From contig OZ246408.1 of assembly GCA_965231015.1 (NCBI GenBank), positions 19,755 to 83,754 on the forward strand: a stretch of DNA of 64,000 bases. The letters run 5' to 3'. Source of the DNA: an uncultured Gammaproteobacteria bacterium (GTDB lineage: Bacteria; Patescibacteriota; Patescibacteriia; UBA9934; CAZDDW01). Below the pieces are notes generated by a model. The model was not told the DNA's origin. It searched no databases and saw nothing but the letters and a program-made list of their open reading frames with translations. This document shows positions 59,115 through 64,000 of the stretch, one piece after another. Both the position numbers and the translations under genes were made by a program. Each line of letters begins with the position of its first letter. Positions within the stretch are counted from its first letter, which is position 1.

Positions 59115-60404
59115 ATGTCTGACGTAAAAGTTGAGAACCTAACAAAAAACACTGTTAAGCTGACTGTAACTGTTAGCGACGAGGAAATTAAACCGTTTTT
59201 AGAAATTGCGGCTGAGGAAATCAGCCAAGACACTGAGATCCCAGGATTCCGTCCGGGTAAAGCCAGCTTCGAGGCAGTAAAAAAACGGGTAGGCGAGATG
59301 AAAATTTATGAAGCAGCTCTTGAGCGAGTGGTTAGAAAAACCTATATTGATGCTCTTGAGGCTCAGAAGCTCGACACCGTGGGTGAACCAAAAATCAATG
59401 TTGAAAAAATGGCTCCGGAAAATGATCTTGTTTATACCGTTGAGGTAGCACTAATGCCAGAAATCAAAAAATTGGCTGACTGGAAAAAATTAACCGTTGA
59501 TACAAATAAAGTAGAAGCCACCGAAGAAGATGCGGATCGGGCTCTTAAGGATCTGGCCCGAATGCAGACCAAGGAGGTTCGCCAGGACAAAGACCACGAA
59601 GCCACCAAGGAAGACAAGGCTGTCATTAATATGAATATGAAACAGGCTGGTGTACCGGTTGAGGGTGGTCAGGCTGTGAACAACATGGTCGTCCTTGGTG
59701 AAGACCACTACATCCCTGGTTTTTGTGATGAACTGTTAGGGCTTCGCGAGGGTGATAAAAAAACCTTTATTCTTAAGTTTCCGGAAAACCACTATCAGAA
59801 AAATCTGGCCGGGGCTGATGTTGAGTTTGAAGTCACCATCAACGAAATCTATAAATTAGACAGTCCTAAACTTGATGACAAGTTTGCGGCCAGTCTTGGA
59901 CAGAAGGACATGAAGACCTTAAAAGACATGATCAAACAAAACATTCAAAATGAAAAAGATCGCGAAGAGCAAATTCGTCAGGAGCGAGCCATGTTGGATA
60001 TGATCGCGGAAAAATCTGAAATTGAAGAAATTCCCGAACAGCTTGTAAACGAAGAGATTCATAAGATGGTGCACGAACTTCAACATGCGGTGACTAACCA
60101 GGGCGGTGTCTTTGAAGATTATCTAAAATCCATCGGCAAAACCCTTGATGACATGAAGAAGGATTTTGCTCCAGAAGCACTTAAAAGAATAAAGGTTGCC
60201 TTGGTTGTTCGAGAGATTGCTAAAAACGAGGATGTTCAAATTGATGAAAAAGAAGTTGATGCCGAACTAGATAAGATGGCAGAACAATATGAGGACAAAG
60301 AAACACAGAAAAAAATTTATTCTCCGGGTAACCGTGAATACGTCAGCACCATTATGCGTAATCGTAAGGTAATTGATACTCTACGCGAGACCATGATAAA
60401 ATAA
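59115..60404 (+). CDS. tig: Trigger factor
   Basis: IPGFRPGKA ribosome-binding motif, FKBP-like IPGF..EL.G...G, FPE.Y...LAG. Confidence 0.95.
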   Translation: MSDVKVENLTKNTVKLTVTVSDEEIKPFLEIAAEEISQDTEIPGFRPGKASFEAVKKRVGEMKIYEAALERVVRKTYIDALEAQKLDTVGEPKINVEKMAPENDLVYTVEVALMPEIKKLADWKKLTVDTNKVEATEEDADRALKDLARMQTKEVRQDKDHEATKEDKAVINMNMKQAGVPVEGGQAVNNMVVLGEDHYIPGFCDELLGLREGDKKTFILKFPENHYQKNLAGADVEFEVTINEIYKLDSPKLDDKFAASLGQKDMKTLKDMIKQNIQNEKDREEQIRQERAMLDMIAEKSEIEEIPEQLVNEEIHKMVHELQHAVTNQGGVFEDYLKSIGKTLDDMKKDFAPEALKRIKVALVVREIAKNEDVQIDEKEVDAELDKMAEQYEDKETQKKIYSPGNREYVSTIMRNRKVIDTLRETMIK

Positions 60405-60408
60405 CACC

Positions 60409-61254
60409 ATGTTATTTGGTGCACACGTTTCAATTGCCGGCGGTGTTTTTAATGCCCCGGGGAATGCGGCCGAGCTTGGCTGTGAGGTTTTTCAGTGTTT
60501 TACCCGCTCACCGCAGGGTGGGGCCGCTCCAGAGTTAACCGAGGAGGTTGTCAAAAAATTTAAAAACGAGCTTAAGGTTCATAACCAAGCTCGTTTTTAT
60601 GTTCACGCCCCGTATTACTTAAACCTGGCCAACCCTAAAAAACAAATTCGTTCAAATACAGCCCGGATTGTTCGCGAAGAACTGGAGCGCTCTAGTTTGC
60701 TTGGAGCTACCGCCCTGATGTTTCATATTGGAAGCGCAAAAAACGTTGACCAAAAACAAGCGGAAAAGTGGGTGGTAGAAGGACTTGATAAAATTATGGC
60801 TGGGTACAAAGGATCAACCAAGCTATTAATCGAAAATTCAGCTGGAGCTGGCATGGTAATGGGAGATGCATTTGAAGAAATTGCTCGATTTATTGACCGG
60901 GCAAAACACGGCAAGAAGATCGGGGTGTGCTTGGACACCCAGCACAGCTTTGCTTCTGGTTATGATTTGCGTGATAAGAAAAGTGTGAACGCTGTTCTCA
61001 GACAGTTTAATACCACCATCGGTTTAGACAAACTGGTTCTAATTCACGCCAACGATTCCATGACCGAGCTGGACTCACACAAAGATCGCCACGAACACAT
61101 TGGGCGTGGTAAAATAGGAAAAAGGGGTTTTGAGGTATTAGTAAAACACCCCAAACTTCAAGAAATTGACTTTATCTTAGAAACACCCCACCACGATGGT
61201 GGTGTTATCAAAGACATCAAGCTTTTAAAAAAATTAAGAGAAAAAATAATATGA
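60409..61254 (+). CDS. nfo: Endonuclease IV
   Basis: GAHVSIAGG, HAPYYLNLA, ENSAG, CLDT.H.FASGYD, HANDS, DRHEHIG, LETP. Confidence 0.95.
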   Translation: MLFGAHVSIAGGVFNAPGNAAELGCEVFQCFTRSPQGGAAPELTEEVVKKFKNELKVHNQARFYVHAPYYLNLANPKKQIRSNTARIVREELERSSLLGATALMFHIGSAKNVDQKQAEKWVVEGLDKIMAGYKGSTKLLIENSAGAGMVMGDAFEEIARFIDRAKHGKKIGVCLDTQHSFASGYDLRDKKSVNAVLRQFNTTIGLDKLVLIHANDSMTELDSHKDRHEHIGRGKIGKRGFEVLVKHPKLQEIDFILETPHHDGGVIKDIKLLKKLREKII

Positions 61255-62006
61255 CCAGACTAGACCGTGGTGTGATTGGACTACTCAGCAACAGCTGGGA
61301 GTTGTTCACCGCAAATTTTAATCAATGGGCTAAATTGGTTTCCATGATTGTTGTGCCTCTGTTAGTATATATTCTTGGCTACGGCCTTATATTTTTGGGT
61401 GCGAAAAATGAACTGATGGTTCTAACCGCTCTTGGTGGCCTATTGGCGGTGATAGGATATGTGGCCGCCCTCCTGGCCGGATTATGGCTTGGTATTGCAT
61501 CAGTTGAAGCCGCTGACAGGTTTGCTGATAAAAAAACATATAAATTTAGAAGGCTTTGGTCTTTAAGTACCTGGAGCCTAATCATCCAAACCGGAGTAGC
61601 CGCTCTTATTTACGCGACAACCCTATACTTTGGACTGTTTCTGTTCATTATTCCGGGTATCCTGTTTGCCATTTGGTTTTTGTTCACTAAATACGCTGTG
61701 ATCCTTGATAAAAAGAACGACTTGTTTGCCTTGCAGTACAGCTATCAAATTGTAAAAGGCCGCTGGTGGCAGGTCTTCTGGCGCTGTTTTGGTTTTGGTA
61801 TTCTCATGATGATTATTGCCGGAGTGGTAGTTGGTGTATTAATGGGAATCGGTTATGCCGCTCTTACATCCATGGGTGAAACCGCAGGAGTGGCGGTTGG
61901 AGGTCTGTTACTCGTTGTTGGCATACTGGCCATGATGTATGTACTAACACCGATTGCTGTTCACTATTATGTTAGTTTATACCGAGACCTAAAGAAAACA
62001 ACCTAA
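61251..62006 (+). CDS. Integral membrane protein
   Basis: Multiple TMs, LFIIPGI...W, AL..S..IVKGRWW. Confidence 0.75.
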   Translation: MTRLDRGVIGLLSNSWELFTANFNQWAKLVSMIVVPLLVYILGYGLIFLGAKNELMVLTALGGLLAVIGYVAALLAGLWLGIASVEAADRFADKKTYKFRRLWSLSTWSLIIQTGVAALIYATTLYFGLFLFIIPGILFAIWFLFTKYAVILDKKNDLFALQYSYQIVKGRWWQVFWRCFGFGILMMIIAGVVVGVLMGIGYAALTSMGETAGVAVGGLLLVVGILAMMYVLTPIAVHYYVSLYRDLKKTT

Positions 62007-62263
62007 TGTTGCTCACTGTTCAGGCTCAACCAAACGCCAAAGCAACCGAAGTTGTAACCTGGATCACAAACAATACCGTCAAGATCCGTGTTGGGGCTCC
62101 GGCCAAGCAGGGAAAGGGCAATGAAGAATTGTTAAATTGGTTATCTAAACGGCTTGGGGTAGCAAAAAGCAATCTTGAGTTAGTACACGGATTAACCTCT
62201 CGTATAAAACTGATTCAAATACCACTTACTGAATTAGAAATACATAAAAGATTAACCCAATAA
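62006..62263 (+). CDS. DUF167 (YggU-like) protein
   Basis: QPNAK, AP...GKGN.EL..L...LGV.KS, G.TSR.K. Confidence 0.85.
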   Translation: MLLTVQAQPNAKATEVVTWITNNTVKIRVGAPAKQGKGNEELLNWLSKRLGVAKSNLELVHGLTSRIKLIQIPLTELEIHKRLTQ

Positions 62264-62320
62264 ATATGGGTTGTTCAAAAAATGTGCCAAGTGCGGTAAA
62301 AAGCCATGCCGATGCAAATA

Positions 62321-62348
62321 AAAAATCCGCCCTTTGGGGCGGTTTTTT
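62321..62348. terminator. Bidirectional terminator
   Basis: AAAAATCCGCCC-TTTG-GGGCGGTTTTTT between convergent genes. Confidence 0.75.
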
Positions 62349-62598
62349 ATTCTGGCACCTCATCAATTCCTCCCTTGGACCAGGGATTGCACCGCACCAC
62401 CCGCCAAAGCGTTAAAAACCCTCCCTTGACCAATCCGTGTCGGTCCACGGCCTGGTACCCGTATTCCGAACAGGTGGGGTGAAACTGACAATAGCCGTTA
62501 GGGAAAAGGTGGCGGGGCAGACCGTGATCAAAAGAAAGGGTTTTTTGATAAATTCGGATCGCAATCAATACGCCAAGCTTGGGCACATGCTTCAACAT
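62347..62598 (-). CDS. yidD: Membrane protein insertion efficiency factor YidD
   Basis: IRIYQKTLS, CQFHPTCSEY, RCNPWSKGG.D. Confidence 0.93.
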   Translation of the reverse strand: MLKHVPKLGVLIAIRIYQKTLSFDHGLPRHLFPNGYCQFHPTCSEYGYQAVDRHGLVKGGFLTLWRVVRCNPWSKGGIDEVPE

Positions 62599-62599
62599 A

Positions 62600-62941
62600 T
62601 TATCCAAAAACAGGGGTTTTCTTTAATAGTTTGGAAACGGCTTGTTTGAGCTCGTCCGGGGTCTTTCCCAAAGCCTCCTTCTTCACCACTAAAACAAGAT
62701 CATACCCGGACCTGGCTTCATCCAGGCGCAAACGAATCATTTCCCGAATTTGCCGGCGCAAACGATTACGTACTACTGCCTTTTTTGAAACCTTGGTACC
62801 AACCACCACCGCAAACCTTGATGAACCAAGGCCATTCTTGGCCCACTTGGCACCACACACAGAACCAAAAGCCCCCTCCTTTGAACGGAAAAGGGAGCGA
62901 AAATCTTGATCTCTTTTTAATCGATTTTCCTTGGGCAACAT
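62600..62941 (-). CDS. rnpA: Ribonuclease P protein component
   Basis: MLPKENRL, KVSKKAVVRNRLRR. Confidence 0.93.
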   Translation of the reverse strand: MLPKENRLKRDQDFRSLFRSKEGAFGSVCGAKWAKNGLGSSRFAVVVGTKVSKKAVVRNRLRRQIREMIRLRLDEARSGYDLVLVVKKEALGKTPDELKQAVSKLLKKTPVFG

Positions 62942-63091
62942 TTATTTGTCGTCTGATGTTGTCAAACGCTTTCGACCCTTAGCTCGTCGACGCTTTAAAA
63001 CATTCTGTCCGTCGCTGTCACTCATCCGGGCTCTAAACCCATGCTTTTTGGCCTTTTGTCGCTTCTTTGGCTGATATGTTCGCTTAGGCAT
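62942..63091 (-). CDS. rpmH: 50S ribosomal protein L34
   Basis: Read manually: [49 protein letters not shown]. Confidence 0.96.
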   Translation of the reverse strand: MPKRTYQPKKRQKAKKHGFRARMSDSDGQNVLKRRRAKGRKRLTTSDDK

Positions 63092-63128
63092 ATTTAGCTT
63101 CAAATTTCAAATTTTTATGACCGCCCTA

Positions 63129-63199
63129 TTATACACAGAAAGTCCCCAAGAAATCAACCCATATCCCCACACTTCACCCACTTGCCCACATGTGGATAT
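63129..63199. promoter_or_regulatory. DnaA boxes in the rpmH-dnaA intergenic region (possible oriC or dnaA autoregulation)
   Basis: TTATACACA, TTGCCCACA, TGTGGATAT. Confidence 0.55.
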
Positions 63200-63270
63200 T
63201 TGTTATATAGTGGTTCGAGCGAGCCTCGCGTTTATTATACCAATCTTTTATTAAACTAAACGGTGTAGCT

Positions 63271-64000
63271 ATGGACACCAATGAACTTTGGCAAGCGGCT
63301 CTAGGAGAACTGGAGCTGAAACTGAGCAAAGCAAATTTTACTACTTGGTTTAAGAATACCTTTGTGGTTTCTTATAACAATGAAGAGGTAATTGTTGGTG
63401 TACCGAATACTTTTACTAAGGCTTGGCTCGAGAAGAAATATCACAAGGATATTCTCCAGGCCCTACAAAATTTAACTGAAGAAAGTGTGCGGGCGGTTGT
63501 ATATAAAGTGGAAACCCGCCAAGGTGCTCCACAGCCAATCCTTGAAGTAAACGAAGAAGAGGCTGTTCCAGATTATTCTGACTTTTCTGCCACCAACGAA
63601 ACTTACCAGGATACTGAACCCACCCTTAATCCGCGATACCTATTTTCCGCTTTTGTGGTTGGTAAACAAAACGAGCTAGCACATGCCGCGGCCCAAGCCG
63701 TATCCTGTCAGCCCGGTGATGTTTACAACCCGCTTTTTATTTATGGCGGGGTTGGGCTTGGCAAAACCCACCTTTTGCAGGCTGTGGGACAAGAAATCGT
63801 GACCAAAAACCCAAAAGCACGAATCATGTACGTGACCTGTGAAAAATTTACCAATGATTTTATTCACGCCGTCAGAACCGGACGAGCCAAAGAATTCAAA
63901 GACACCTATCGAACCGTCGATGTACTATTAATTGATGATATTCAGTTTATTACCGGCAAAGAGGGGACCCAGGAAGAATTCTTTCACACTTTTAATGCTC
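63271..64000 (+). CDS. dnaA: Chromosomal replication initiator DnaA (5' part, runs off the window)
   Basis: MDTNELWQAALGELEL...FTTWF, LNPRYLF..FVVG..N.LA, YNPLFIYGGVGLGKTHLL, LIDDIQF..GKE.TQEEFFHTFN. Confidence 0.97.
   Translation, partial: MDTNELWQAALGELELKLSKANFTTWFKNTFVVSYNNEEVIVGVPNTFTKAWLEKKYHKDILQALQNLTEESVRAVVYKVETRQGAPQPILEVNEEEAVPDYSDFSATNETYQDTEPTLNPRYLFSAFVVGKQNELAHAAAQAVSCQPGDVYNPLFIYGGVGLGKTHLLQAVGQEIVTKNPKARIMYVTCEKFTNDFIHAVRTGRAKEFKDTYRTVDVLLIDDIQFITGKEGTQEEFFHTFNA

Noticed and set aside
1-64000. Alternative genetic code (TGA recoded)
   Set aside because: Conserved genes are full length under code 11, and TGA terminates the dksA-like gene and nfo.

Overview
Chromosomal window from a small-genome bacterium, most likely Patescibacteria/CPR of Parcubacteria type (inferred from gene content and protein style; TGA is used as stop). 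The backbone is housekeeping: ychF, rmuC, rpsT, holA, polA, HU, a Xer-type recombinase, rpsO, pnp, dksA-like, lspA, comM, rnhB, hppA, tig, nfo, yidD-rnpA-rpmH, the start of dnaA and four tRNAs. A surface locus encodes a 4559-aa tail-fibre-like adhesin with an exact 1.38-kb internal duplication, next to a RAYT/Y1 transposase. The most unusual signals: (1) a ~225-nt dispersed structured repeat in three copies with compensatory base changes and a covarying 3' pseudoknot; (2) a ~500-bp insert bounded by 16-bp direct repeats carrying two tandem SD-led heptapeptide ORFs, MEPIDGQ and MIPEDGQ; (3) GC-rich, Shine-Dalgarno-led single-gene cassettes encoding myxobacterial/deltaproteobacterial-style secreted proteins, in a genome whose core genes lack SD motifs; (4) a ~370-nt promoter-to-terminator structured RNA candidate of unknown family; (5) DnaA-box clusters away from dnaA. 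Everything was read by eye; GC statements are visual estimates and no searches or folding programs were run.
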